Shown: in pieces, positions 50,861 to 64,000 of the stretch
Position numbering within the stretch: position 1 is the first letter of the stretch
Layout of the letters: the number at the start of each line of letters is the position of its first letter
Assembly (NCBI RefSeq): GCF_004010195.1
Contig: NC_057758.1
Coordinates: forward strand, 8,984,452 to 9,048,451
Direction of reading: 5' to 3'
Length of the DNA: 64,000 nucleotides
Origin: Chiloscyllium plagiosum
Taxonomy: Eukaryota
Notes under the pieces: model-generated
The model's input: the letters and a program-made list of their open reading frames with translations, nothing else
Database searches by the model: none
Told to the model about the DNA's origin: nothing
Position numbers and translations under genes: made by a program

Positions 50861-53800
50861 CCACCAATCTTTGATCAAGATCCCGTTGTATTCTAAGGTA
50901 ACATTCTTCGCTGTCCAATTTTGGCGTTGCTTACCAACCCACGAACTATATCTCCGATATTTTCATGTTACGTCCTTTTCACGTTCCCGTACTATCTGTG
51001 AAGTTTCACATGGGGCAAGTGCACACCATCAGTGACGCAATGGCCCATTCCTAAACAATGTGTGGAGTTCAGGTTATCGCAGCTCTTTCTTAATTGAAAA
51101 TTTCAAACAGTGTTTTACAATTCTGAATTTCATCTTTTCACCAAGAGTTTTCTTCTGTCCAGGAGGGGATGGTGGAACTTGGAAACTGTTGGAATATAAT
51201 TCTGTCAAGAGAACTGGAATTGTAAGCGAACCATCAGTGATAGTGACCCCGGAGATATCATCGATTGTGCTGATAACTCCGCTGGTTTGCTAATGTCCTT
51301 CAGGTCATCATTTCCTGGTCTGGCCCGATAATACACAGCAATGTTCTCTGAAGTGGCTGTAGCATGTCACTCAATTCAGGGGAATGGCGTTTTTTATAAG
51401 GGATAACATTACAGCTCTACTTAGGGAAGATATTCCTGGATATACATTCAGGGAGGTTGTTTGGGCGGAACTGAGAAATAAGAAAGGGACGATCACCTTA
51501 TTGCGATTGTATTATAAACTCTCTCATAGTCGGCGGGAAATTGAGAAGCAAATTTGTAAAGATATCTCAGTTACCTTTGAGAGTAGGTGTTTATGAAAGG
51601 GGATTTTAACTTTCCAAACATAGACTAGGACTACCATAATTTTGAGGGTTTAAATGGACAGGAATTTTTAAGAGAGAACAATGAAGCTTTCTGACTCAAT
51701 ATGTGAGTGGATCTCGGAGAGAAGTGCCTACTAGTGGCAAATAAGGCAGGGCAGGCGATTGAGATATTAGTGGGGGAGCACTGCGTGGCCGGAAACTATA
51801 ATTCTATTGGTTTTAAAATAGTGATGGAAAAGGAAAGACCTGATCTCGCAGTTGAAGTTCTAATTTGGAGGAAGACTAATTTTGATGGTAAAAGGGAAAA
51901 ACTTTCAAAAGCTGATTGGGTGCAGATTCTTGCAAGTAAACGGACGTCTGGAAAATGGGAAGCCTTTAGAAAAGAGATAATGAGAGACCAGCGAGTGTAT
52001 ATCCCTGTTAAGGTGAAAGGAATGGCTGGTATCTGTCGGGAATACTGGATGACGAAAGAAATTGAGAGTTGGTTAAGAAAAGGAAAGAAGCTTACGATTT
52101 TTATAGACAGGAGCGCTCGAGAGAATCATTCGAAATGTATAAAGGCACTGGGAGTATACTGAAGAGGGAAATAAGGAAGGCAAAAAGGGGACATGAGATA
52201 GCTTTGGCAAATACGGTTAAAGGGAATCCAAAGCGTTTTTAAAAATACATTAAGGACAAAAATGCAAATAAGGAGAGAATAAGACCCCTCAATGATGAGC
52301 AAGGCAGTCCTTGTGTAGAGCGGACAGAGAGGGGGAGATATTAAATGAGTATTTGGCATCAGTGTTTACTGTAGGGAAGGACATGGAAGATATATAATGT
52401 TGGGAAATAGATGGTGACATTTCGAAAAATGTCACTATTACATAGGAGGAAGTGTTCGATGTCTTAAAACGCGAAAAGGTGGATAAATGCCCCCGACCTG
52501 ATCAGACCCCTAGAACTCTGTGGAAGATAGGTAAGTATTTGCTGCGGCCCTTCCTGAAATAGTTGTATCATGGATTGTCACAAGTGATGTGCCAGAAGAC
52601 TGGAGGTTGGCTAACATGATTCCATTACTTAACAAAGGTGGTGAGAACTAGCCAGTGAATTATAGACAAGTAAGCCTGAAATTGGTAGTGATCAAGTTGT
52701 TGGAGGAAATCCTGTGGTTCGGGATTTACACATATTTGGAAAGACAAGGACCCATTTGGGATAGCCAACATGGTTTCGTGCCTGGGAAATCATGTCTCAC
52801 GAACTTGACTGAGTGTTTTGAAAAAGTAATAAACAGGATTGATGAGGGCAGAGCGGTGAACGTGGTTGATATCTTAAGTAAGGCGTTCAACAATGTTCCC
52901 ATGGGAGACTGGTTAGCAAGGGTAGATCTCATGGAAGACAAGGTGAAGTAGCCATTTGGATACAGAACTGGCTCGAATCGGCAGTAGAGTGTCAGGTGGA
53001 ATTTAATTTAGATAAATGCGAAATGCTGCATTTTGAAAAAGAATATTTTAGCAGGAATTATACACATAACATCATGGTCCTCAAGAGTGTTACTGAACAA
53101 AGTGATCTTGGAGTGCAAGTTCATTGCTCCTTGAAAGTTGAGTTGTAGATGGATAGGATAGTGAAGAAGGTGTTTGGCATGCTTTCCTTTCCTGGTCAGA
53201 ACACTGAGTCTTGGAGTTGGGAGGTCATGTTGCGGCTCTACAGGACACTGGTCATACCACATTTGGAATATTCCATGCAATTCTGTTCCCCTTCCTATCG
53301 GAAGTATGTTGTGAAACTTGAAACGGTTCTGAAAAGACTTAACATAGAACATAGAACATTACAGCGCAGTACAGGCCCTTTGGCCCTCGATGTTGCGCCG
53401 GCCTGTCATACCAATCTGAAGCCCATCTAACCTACACTATTCCATGTACTTCCATATGCTTATCCAATGATGACTTAAATGTACTTAAAGTTGGCGAATC
53501 TATTACCGTTGCATGCAAAGCATTCCATAGCCTAACTACTCTCTGAGTGAATAAAGTACCTCAGACATCTGTCCTATATGTATCACCCCCTTACAGATAA
53601 CTGTTTTCTCCTTGTTTCTCAATTTCCCGCTGAATATGTGGAGCTCTCAAAAAGGTAATAATCCCTTTCTTATTTCTCACTTCTACCCAAATGACTTCCC
53701 GAGTGTATTCCCAGGAATTTCCTCCCTCAGTATAGCTACTATGCTCTCCCTTATCAAAAATGCCACTCTCCCTCCTGCCTTGCCTTCCTTTATATCCTTC

Positions 53801-54304
53801 CTGTCGCATTTGTATCCGGGAACATTAATCTGCCAGTCCTGTCCATCCCTGAGCCATGATTCTGTAATTGCTCTGATATCCCAGTCCCATGTTCCTAAAC
53901 ATGCCCTGAGTTCAACTTCCTTCCCTGTTCGGCCTCTTGCATTGAAGTTAATTCAGGTTGATTTATCAGTCCTACTTTATGCTCTGCTTTTTCCCTGCCT
54001 GCCCTGACTGTTTGAATTGCTCCTCTTCCCATCTGTACCAGTCTCAGATTGATCTCTTTCATCACTATCTCCCTGGGACCTATCCCCCTCTTCACCCCGC
54101 CTCCCCACCTTATTACTTTAAATCCTCCCAAGCAGCTGAATCAATCTCCCTGCCAGTATATTTGTCCCCTTCCAATTCAGGTTCAATCTATCCTTCCAGT
54201 ATAGATCACTTTTACCCAAGAAGAGCTTCCAATTATCTAAAATGTGAACCCTTTTCCCATACACCAGCTCCGCCGCTACACATTCATCTTGGACACTGGC
54301 CTCT

Positions 54305-54725
54305 CTCCACTTCTTGGACCTCTCCAACTCCATCAAAAATGACAGAATCAACACTGGTATCTTCTACAAACCCACCGGCTCCCACAACTAAATAAGCACA
54401 GAACCCCACTGGTCTTCACCTGCCACCCCCAACAACCTCCGGATACATTTCATCATCCTCCGCCATTTTCGCTACCTACAAATGGACTACAGCACCAGAG
54501 ATATATTTCCCTCCACACCCTTATCTGCTTTACATAAAGACCATTCCCTCCGCAACTCCTTGGTCAGGTCCACACCTGACACCCCATCCACCCACCCTCC
54601 CCTCCCGGCACCTTCCTCTGCCACCGCAGGAATAGCAATACCTGTGCACACAACTCCCTCTCACTTCCGTGAAATACCTAAGAGTAGCCTTCCACATTCA
54701 TCAGAGCTTTAGCTGCACTTCCACT
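54305..54725 (+). mobile_element. Penelope ORF fragment (copy 2)
   Basis: Same sequence as 40170-40590. Confidence 0.8.
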
Positions 54726-57179
54726 CATGTATTTGCAAGGATGTTGCCAGGGTTGGAGGATTTGCTCTCGAGGTAGAGGTTGACTGGCTGAAGAAGCTTT
54801 CCCTGGAGCGTTGGAGGCTGACCAGTGACGTTATATATGTTTATAATATCATGCGGGGCGTTGGTATGATATATTGACAAATCTTTTCCCAGGGTCGAGG
54901 AGACCAAAACTAGAGGGCACAGGTTTAGGGTGAGAGAGAAATGATACAAAAGGGGCATGCAGGGCAACATTTTCATGCAGAAGGTGGTGTGTGTATGGAA
55001 TGAGCTGCCAGAGGAAGTGGTGGAGGCTGGTACAGTTGCAAGATTTAAAATGCATACGAGTGGGTATATGAATAGGAAGGGGTTGAAGGGCTCCGGTCCA
55101 GGTGCTGGCAGGTGGGCCTAGCTTGGGGTGGGTTGTCTGGTCAGCATGGGCGAGTTGGACCGAAGAATCTGTTTCCATGCTGTACATGTCTATGAGGCAA
55201 TGACATCCAAGTCATTGACAAAAATGACAAAAAGTACTGGATCCAACACCTGTCTGTCTCTGTGTTACCTGTTGTCAGCTGAATCCATAAACAACAGTTC
55301 AAGGATTGTACTATCCTGTACAATTTTCCGGATTATTTAATTTTAATTTTCATGTCTGAACACTTACAACAACAGCTTCACGGTCAGGTCTCAAGAGTGG
55401 AGCACGGCAGAAGGATGGAAAAACCTCCAATAGTTTGGGCTCCGGTGTGGGGGAGGAAAGAAAGAACATTTCTCTGAAGGCACAGCTCCAAAGTCTTCAC
55501 CACATATCATTTCTGTTCATTCATGGGATTTGGGTGCCTCTGGTGGACTGGCATTTGTCACCCTCTCTCATTGTCCCTCTTGAGAAGGTGGGGTGGAGGT
55601 AGGAGTGAGCTGATTTTTGAACCTCTACAGACTGTGTCGTGTAGGCAGACCCACAATAAACTATGAAGGTGGGAATTCCAGGATTTTGACTCAGCGACAC
55701 TGAAGGAATATTTGAGATCAATGATGCATTAGTCCTCTTCAGTGATGAAAGCAAAATGAGGAATACAATTAGATCAAAGGGGCACACAGCGTGCTCTGGG
55801 TGTGACACTTCAATGTTCATCACATAAAGAATCTCCACAGGAAAACCGCTGACTGAGCAGGCTGAGAGATAAAAGGCAGAGCAGTTAAACTACGGAAAGT
55901 GATTATTGAATGATCAAGATGGAAGAAATTTAAATGAACTGATTCTGAACCAATCTACCTGTTACAGATGCATCTATCCACAACGGTGTCTCTAAGAGAG
56001 TCCAGTGCACAAGCATGACGAAGGTGAATTCCCACCCACCATAAAGATGCCCTCTGGAGTGTTATGTGGCTCTACTGTTAGCAAAGTGGGGCATACCTCT
56101 TAAGAATCCAGCAACTCAAAACTGAACAACCATAAGGCAACTGTGGGCCATCAGCAGCAGCAGAACTGTAGCCAACAATTAACATTTAGCTGAGAAATAT
56201 GGATGATTTTCTTCTATTAGAGGGTGCATCTGGAATTCTTCACTTCAGTGGCTGTCAAGGTTTATCTATTACGTGCATTCGTAGAGGCTTTCTCTTAACT
56301 GAGTATGTGATTCAAGAGTCATGAAGAAAAGGTGGGAAAGTGAAACTGAGGATTATTATCTAAGTCACGATTTTGTTTTTTGTTTTGACAGAGCAGAGTT
56401 GTTTGGTTGAATCGTGTCCTTGTCCTACGTCTTATTGTCTTGGGGTCGAAAATTATGTTTATGTGGTGATGTGCGATCTGCTGCTTAGTGTTTGGACTGT
56501 TCATTGAGAGGAGGATTCGGAATGACGCCGAGGGGCTAATCATTCGTGGAGGCAGAGGGTGGTGCATGTATGGAATGAGCTGTCACAGGAAGTGGTGGAA
56601 GCTGATACACTTACTGCCTTTAAAAGGCATCTGGATGGGGACATTAATAGGAGGGGTTTAGAGGGATATCTGACAAATGCTGACAATTGGACGTTGATTT
56701 ATTTAGGATACCTGGTCGACATGGATGAAGGGTGTTTTTCCGTGTTGCAAATCTCGATAACTATGGCAGATCTATCAGGAAATCAAGGTGCAAATGACCA
56801 CAACATTATGAGAAAGATTACAATAATGTCAGGGTCAAGTGTTCTTATACAAATCAGGAAAGATCCAATTCATGAGCAAAGAGTTTCTGCGAGACTGGGC
56901 TGGGCATTTCCACAGAATCTCTTTGTGCTGTTAATCCTCTTGGCTGCAGGATGGTGTTCTGACTCTCCCCAGGGTTCTGGACCTGCCAGTGTCACTTGTT
57001 CTTTCAGCATTTCTGTCTTTCACAACGTGACTGGGAGAGGTTTTTCGAAAGTAAATGGGCGAGTTTGGAAGTGGGATGCCCTTGAAGATGAGATGAAAAG
57101 AACCCAGAGACAGTACGGTCCAGTCAGAGTGAATGACAAAGATGGTAGGTAGAAGGAATGCTGTAAGACTAGAGAAATC

Positions 57180-59010
57180 TAATGCAGTTTAATGTGGATA
57201 CATGTATGGTTATCCACTTTAGGTGTCAAGAACAGGAAGGCAGATTACTACCTCAATGGAATCAATTTAGGTAAAGGGGCAGTACAGAGAGATCTGGGTG
57301 TTCTTGTACACTAGTCAATGAAGGCAAGCATGCAGGTACAGCAGGTAGTGAAGAAGGCTAATAGCATTCTGGCCTTCATAACAAGAGGAATTGAGTATAG
57401 AAGCAAAAAGGTGCTTCTGCAGTTGTACAGGGCCCTGGTGAGACCACACCTGGTGTACAGTGTGCAGTTCTGGTCTCCAAAGTTGAGGAAAGACATTCTG
57501 GCTATTGAGGGAGTGCAGCGTAGGTTCACGAGGTCAATTCCTGGAATGGCGGGATTACCTTACACTGAAAGATTGAAGCGACTGGGTTTGTATACCCTTG
57601 CGTTTAGAAGACTGAGAGGGGATCTGATTGAGACAGATAAGATTATGAAAGGATTGGACACTCTGGCAGCAGTAAACAGGTTTCCGCTGATGGGTGAGTG
57701 CCGAACCAGAGGACACAGCTTAAAACTACGGGGTAGACCATTTCGGACAGAGATGAGGAGAAACTTTTTCAAGCAGAGTGTGGTGGCTGTGTGGAATGCT
57801 CTGCCCCAGAGGCAGTCTCTGGATTCGTTTAAGAAAGAGTTGGATAGAGCTCGCAAAGATAGTGGAATCAAGGGTTATGGAGGTAAGGCAGGAAGAGGAT
57901 ACTGATTAGGAATGATCAGCCATGATCATATTGCATGGCGGTTCAGGCTCGAAGGGCTGAATGGCCTACTCTTGCACCTATTGTCGATTGTCTATTGTCT
58001 AAATTAAGGCTCTGGTCAAGAAAAGGATTGAGGCTTTTGTCAATTCTCGACAGCTGGGTGTGAGTGAATCCAAAAGGAGTATAACGGGAATCATAGGATT
58101 TCAGATGGAAAATCAGGAGGCAAAAAGGGGACATGAGGTAACTTTGTGAATATGGTTCAGGCGAATCAAAAGAGATTCCACAAATATGTTAAGGACAAAA
58201 GAGTGACGAGGGAGAAAAGAGTAGCCTCCCCCCTACCCCCATCCCCAAAAATGTCAACAAGGCCACGTGGAATGTGTGGAACGAAGAGACAAGCGAGATG
58301 CTAAACAAGTGTTCCACAACAGTATTTATCGTTAAGAAGGAAATGAAAGCAAAAGAACTTGGAGCAATATATCGTCATATCTTGAAAAGTGTCCATATTA
58401 CAGAGAAGGAGGTGCTGGGCATCTTAAAACGTATAAAGGTGTATAAAGCCCCCGGACATGATCAGATGAATGCCAGAACCTTGTGGGAAACTAGCGAAGT
58501 GACTGTTGTGCCCGTTGCTGAGTCATTTGTAACATCGATTACCATAGTTGAGGCGCTGTAAGGCTGAAGATTGGCTAACGTGATGTCAACACTTAAGACA
58601 GATGGTAAGGAAAAGGCAGGAAAATAGAGACCAATGAGCCTGATGTCAGTGGTAGGTAAGTTGCTGGATGGAATCCTTATTGGAGAATTTACATGTATTT
58701 GGATAGGCAAGGACAAATAAAGAGCAGTCAACGTGGTGTTGTGCATGCGAAATCGTGTCTCATGAGTATGATTGAATTTTTGAAGAAGTGACAAAGAAGA
58801 TTGATGAAGGCGGACCAGGGATTTGTCCAAATTAACTTTAGCAACACTTTTGATTAGGTTCTGCATTGTCGAACGGATAGCAAGGTTTGGTCACATGGAA
58901 TCCAGCAGAGCTAACCACTTAGAAAGAACATTGCCTTGAAGGTGGGAGACAGGGTGGTGGTGGAAGGTTCTATTCTAGACTGGAGACCAAAGACAAGCGG
59001 GGTGCCATAT
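57180..59010 (+). mobile_element. Two adjacent CR1 fragments
   Basis: ORF 57318..57905 (RT end); VHITEKEVLGILKRIKVYKAPGHD. Confidence 0.88.
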
Positions 59011-59221
59011 TAACTCTGACTCATCTCCACAGGTGGTGCCAGACCTGTTGAGCTTTATTCCAGCAATTTCTGTTCACGTTTTTGGTAAAAGGGCTCAATG
59101 AATTAAGGATATCTGGGAAAGAGCAAGTTGGACATAGAAGTGTCTATTTACGTGCCTTACTATTCTATATAATTGCACCTTTATAACTCGTTTGTTAGTC
59201 GTCCAGTTCAGAGGCGCCGTC

Positions 59222-59680
59222 TTGATTGATTGATTTATTGTCACGTGTACAGAAATACAGTGAAAGTTTTTTTTTTAATAAGCAATGCAGGGCGATGACG
59301 GCAAGCAAGGATGTACAGGTCAAGAAGACTAAGATATACATTATACATTTCAGCACTCTGCCAGAACATCGTTAGCAAGATCATCATTATTTGAGGACAA
59401 GGAACCCATTCATCGGTCTAATACAGCCAGGGAAAGGTTGTTCCTGAACCTGCTCGTGTGTGTGTGTGCGCGCTTGTGTGCGCGTGTGTGTACATTTTTC
59501 TGTATCTCCTGCCTGACTGAAGAGGCTGTAGGAGATCATTACCTCAGTGCAGTTGGACTTTCATGATGTTATCAAATTTTCCAAGGTAGCGAGTTGTGTA
59601 GGCAATGTATATGGATGGATATTTGGTTTCTGTGATGGTGTGGGCTGAGAACTCCACCTTCTGTAGCTTCTTACAGTCCG
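59222..59680 (-). mobile_element. Rex1/Babar 3' end
   Basis: (ttga)n tttattgtcacgtgtac tail, as at 35700. Confidence 0.75.
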
Positions 59681-60011
59681 AAACAAAGGTGGAGAACTTT
59701 TGAATCGGGGTAGTTCTGAACGACTAGACATGGAGATTTAAAACAAAGAAAGAAGCTGCGGGTGCAGTGAATTTCGCATGCTCTGGCACCTGTTTTCAGA
59801 GTTTAACACAGATTGCGAGTCTGTTAAAGACACCATAGGATTATGAGAACAAAGGCTTTTATTCTACCATCCACTGCCTAGGCCCGGCAGTCACTGCAAT
59901 CAATTTTTCCAGAGTCTTTAATCAAACAAAAAATATACATTTATGCACGTTATGTTTAAAATGTCGAGTACATTATATGGTGGTTCCACTTTATCACCCA
60001 CCACTCCACGG

Positions 60012-60270
60012 AAAATATAAAAGAGACCTAAGGGGCACCTTTTTCACGTAGAGGGTGGTACGTGTATGGAATGAGCTGCTAGAGGATGTTGTGGAGTCTG
60101 GTACAATTGCAACATTAAAAGGCATTTGGATGGGCATATGAATAGGAAGGTTTGAAGAGATATGGTCCGGGTGCTGGCAGGTGGGACTAGATTGGGTTGG
60201 GATATCTGGTCGGCATGAATAGGTTGGCCCGAAGGGTCTGTTTCCATGCTGTACATCTCTATGACTCTAT
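60012..60270 (+). mobile_element. CR1 3' end
   Basis: tggaatgagctgc...ctgtacatctctatgactctat. Confidence 0.88.
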
Positions 60271-60756
60271 AACCGATGTGATAACTACAATGTAGGGTTC
60301 ACACATTACAATCAAAAAGCAAATGCTCCCACCTGTGTACATGTGAAAAAAACTCCTGGAGCTAAATTTTATACATTAGTAAATCAAAGGTGGTTTGTGG
60401 AACCATCCTTTTCCATCCTGTCCATGTGAATCCAGAAACATAACTGTGAAAAAATGCGGCTATAACAAATTTCCTCAAAATCGACTTGAACAAGCCGCTG
60501 TGAGATAAAGTTGAGGAGGAAAAGAAGAAAGTGGCTGAGTGAGCTCAGCAGAGTGAAACCAGCCGAGAGCTGCGAATGACAGTACAGGCTGAATAGTCAT
60601 TTTTGGGCTACAACTATCTTAAAGGGTTTATCTTCGCGTTCTAATTTATTTAACTGGATTCGTTAGGTCCAGCACTAGAACAGTACAAAAGACAGATCTC
60701 GAACTCATGGTGTACTTTAGCAGTTTCCAATTGTGAGTACATTTGTAAACTGATCA

Positions 60757-60885
60757 GGAGAATGTGTGTACTGCAGACGCTGGTTATTAGAGTCGAGAGT
60801 GTGGTGCTGGAAAAGCAGAACAGGTCAGGCAGCATCCCAGGTGCAGGAAAATCGATAGTTCGGACAAAAGCCCTTCATCAGATTT
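60757..60885 (-). mobile_element. Penelope-derived short repeat
   Basis: Reverse strand reads ctgatgaagggcttttgtccgaac (GAAA mutated). Confidence 0.7.
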
Positions 60886-61309
60886 ATTTTATATCTGTGC
60901 AAAACTATTTTTTGTTGAAAATGCCTGTCTTGTTTCATTCTTTCTCGCACACAGAGATGTGTGTCTGTGAATAGGTGTGTCGGTGTGTGTGTCGATGTGT
61001 GTGTGTGTGAGAGAGAGACAGAGAGAGAGATTTTCCTGTTGTGCTCGAGACAGGAAAAGGAAACCTCCCGACAGTACTGTGTGCGATGAAAACTAGACAA
61101 CCACGCGTTAGCTTTGCTCTTGTGTGGGTGATTGAATTCAGTTTCACACGTCATTTACTTTTAATCAATTAGATGCAGTAATTTATTGACTTTCTCAACT
61201 TGATTAATCTTCTTTCTGGTGCGCAATTTAAATAGAATCGGATGTCACATTTCCTGCTTAAGTAAAAAATTGATGTCAAGACGCAGAGATTCACACAATG
61301 ATTAACATT

Positions 61310-61850
61310 TTAACACACATCGTGGGAACATAACAAGATCTATACTAGATATTGACATTTTCTGAGCCTTAATCGGTTTCACGTCACTTGCCTCGATGTT
61401 TTCATATGGTTCAACGGCCATCTCCCTCGCTTTCCTCCAAGTTGCCGATCTCTTATTCTTCCCACAATATCAAAGGGAACTCTTATCATTCAGAAGATTG
61501 ATTCAAATCAATCTATTTCCTCTGCTGGGTAATTTTTTTTTTGTGGGTTTCGTGACGACTGCGGCATGAAGTTCAGAATGTGGCACTCCCACAAGTTCTC
61601 CACCTTCCGTATTCAAACCAGATTATAGCTTAAAAGTCTCTACTTGACACTGCACAGACTTCCCGAAGTACAGAATAATGACAATGACTATTCAATGTTC
61701 CCCAAGTCCTATCACCTTCCTGTTATGGAATAATGCTTGCACAGGAGAAGTACACCCATCAATGTATCATAATTGGTTTTCTGCTGCTTTGAAGATCACA
61801 ATTCTTCCAGCTCAGTGAGCGAACTGACATCCATCACAAATCTGTCTCAT
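61310..61850 (-). pseudogene. Decayed US22-like ORF
   Basis: NLWECHILNF...NYPAEEID*FESIF*MIRVPFDIVGRI, resembling Y..dEl..wE.fylp.rv.m.vlG. Confidence 0.4.
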
Positions 61851-62064
61851 GCTCCAATATGGGTGCACTAGATGAATGAATAGGCCCGCGCTCATAGTGT
61901 GATACATTTGGAGAAATCTGTTTCGATTATAAGTATACTGTCCCATCGAACTCATTATTTTTTTCCAACTGAAATCATTATGTATCTTTTTTCCAGAATA
62001 ATAGGAACTGGTCCAAGGTGGATGCGCTCAGGTCACACCAGAACATCTAATCTAATCTAATCTA

Positions 62065-63130
62065 ATCTAAAACATTTTGAACGTGCGACGATGATCCGAT
62101 CATCGGAACAGTTCCTACTTGACAGACCATTTTCTTTTCAATTTTCTTCGTTCAACTGTATTCTCAGGGGTTAGCACAGCACCAGGGACCAGGGTTTGAT
62201 TCAAGCCTTGAGTGAATGTCTGTGTGTATATACAAATGTCTGCATGGGTTTCCTCTGGGTGCTTCAATCTTCTCCCATGGTCCAGAGATGTGTCAGTTCG
62301 CAGGATTGACCAGGATAACGAGCACCGAAGATTCTGTATAGTGTGGAAACAAGCCCATTGGCCCAACAAGTCAACATTGACTCTCGACGTTTCACCCACC
62401 CAGACACATTCCCTCTCCAATTATCCTATATTTACCCCTGACTAATGCACCTAAGGCATACATACGTGACCACTACAGGAGATTGACCATGGCCAATTCA
62501 CCTTAACTTGTACATCTTTGGACTGTAGGAGGACACCGGAGGACCCGAAGGTAACCCATACAGGCACAGCGGGAATGTGCAAACTCCACATAGACAATCA
62601 CCCGAGGCTGGAATCAAACCCGGGTCTCTGGTGCTGTGCTAAACACCGAGAACAGACTTGAATGAGGAAGTTGGAAAAGAAAAACGTTCTGCAAGGACGG
62701 AACTGCTCAGATGATTGGATCCTTGGCTGCGCTCAAGATTTTCTGGTGTGATCTGACCTAGTGCTGTGAGGCAGCAGTGCTAACCACGGAACCTTCGTGT
62801 CCAGGGATGTGCATGCTTGGTGAATTTGCCATGGAAAATGCGAGATTACCAGATAGAGGTGGAACATTCTTGTGGATTTCCGGGCATAGGGGCCCTGGCA
62901 TGTTCTTCCGAGGGTTAGTTCAGGCTCGATGAGCCGGTCAGCTTCCATAGTTATTCAATCATTCTTTGGACATAAAAAATTCAGTCCTTCATATCAGTAG
63001 ATTCGTTGAAATCACCATTTCCATGGTTTGAGAGAAAATTAATGCAGCCGTAATTACGTGACTTGGCTTGGTTATGGTTTAAACAGTGAAAACAATTGAT
63101 GGCCATGTCTCCAACCAAATCTCAGTGCTT
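62065..63130 (-). pseudogene. Possible US22-like ORF split by SINEs
   Basis: WRHGHQLFSLFKP*P...LRL...YEGLNFLCP (63130-62950) and KENG...SDDRIIVARSKCF (62140-62065). Confidence 0.4.
62165..62950. mobile_element. Cluster of HE1-type SINE fragments in both orientations
   Basis: ggttagcacagcaccagggacc (+); gaatgtgcaaactccacatagac and gtgaggcagcagtgctaaccac (-). Confidence 0.85.
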
Positions 63131-63188
63131 ACTCTCGCCACAGGAATATCAACAAAATTGAGATCCTTCTGCCTACTTCTTCCTACAG

Positions 63189-64000
63189 CAAATCTCGCGG
63201 CAATTGTCATGCTACTCCAAGGAAAGTGGAATCTCCAGCTGCACCACTCGTTACATGGTGGCCATAGCAATGGCGGATCTACTGACGATTATCACTGAGG
63301 TCATGCTAATCCGAATCAATAGTTATTATTTCCCGATGCCTCTCCTGAAACTCACTGCTGTGTGTAAAGTTAACTACCTCCTGGCTCTATTCGCAATGGA
63401 CTATTCAGTCTGGTTCACTGACGCCTTTACTTTTGATCGATTTATTGCAACTTGTTGCGAGAGGATTACAATTAAATATTGCACCAGGAAAACTGCAGCA
63501 GTAGTTTTTGCAAGAGTCGGTATATTTTTTAGTTTAAAAACATTCCCATTTACTTTCGATTTCAGCCGAAGTGAATAATAAATAATGTTCCTCTGTATTG
63601 TTCTAACAAATGAAGCGATTTTACTGACCCGAGATGGATTGGATTTAGAATGGTTGATAAGATTTTAACGCCATTGATACCATTTGGTTTAATTCTGTTA
63701 CTCAATATTCTGCTAGTCAGGCATATATTAGTAGCTAGTCGAGTCTGTAAGGTACTGAAGGGTCATAGCAAGAGACAGAATGATCCAGAGATGGAGAGCA
63801 GACGGAATTCTGATTTTACTCCTCACCATATCGTGCTGCTTCATACTGCTGTGGTTCCCGTATATTTTGTTCATTTTTAATGTTAATGAATTCCTCGATG
63901 ATAATTCTGAATATATATTTGAGAAAGTTGCGTATATGTTGCGAAATTTAAATTGCAGCACAAACACATTAATTTATGTTGCAACACAGTCCAAGTTCAG
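63189..64000 (+). pseudogene. GPR139-like class A GPCR main exon, frameshifted, running off the window
   Basis: Acceptor ttcctacag at 63188; RYMVAIAMADLL, SVWFT.AFTFDRFIA.CC, KYCTRKTAAVV, LTPLIPF.LILLLN.L.VRHILVASRV, DPEMESRR, NCSTNTLIY.ATQSKF; several frameshifts and a stop. Confidence 0.88.

Larger units (their letters stand above)
59160..60620 (-). pseudogene. Decayed US22-like ORF split by CR1 and Rex insertions
   Basis: SILRKFVIAAFFHSYVSGFTWTGWKRMV...RWEHLLFDCNV*TLH, then GVVGDKVEPPYNVLDILNITCINVYFLFD*RLWK, then LVVQNYPDSKV/PLNW. Confidence 0.5.

Overview
Repeat-dense, gene-poor vertebrate DNA. HE1-type V-SINEs, SacSINE1-like SINEs, abundant CR1 LINEs and a GPR139-like GPCR point to an elasmobranch (shark). 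No intact protein-coding gene was found. Main components: (1) a decayed class I (gamma/epsilon-like) endogenous retrovirus at ~2858-14283 with gag, RNase H, integrase, env, PPT, 3' LTR and a partial 5' LTR, inserted into a (GACT)n satellite. (2) Two clusters (~3050-8056 and ~59160-63130) of heavily decayed minus-strand ORFs whose hand-reconstructed translations resemble US22/SUKH-family domains; the left cluster lies inside the ERV boundaries. (3) A ~1.3-kb diverged inverted repeat pair. (4) Penelope-derived elements with hammerhead-like cores. (5) A ~13.5-kb near-identical duplication on either side of a 500-N gap, each copy with a C2H2 zinc-finger pseudogene and one with a 106-bp perfect palindrome. 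(6) A frameshifted GPR139-like exon at the right edge. All family calls come from motif recognition by eye, not database searches, and repeat boundaries are approximate unless stated.
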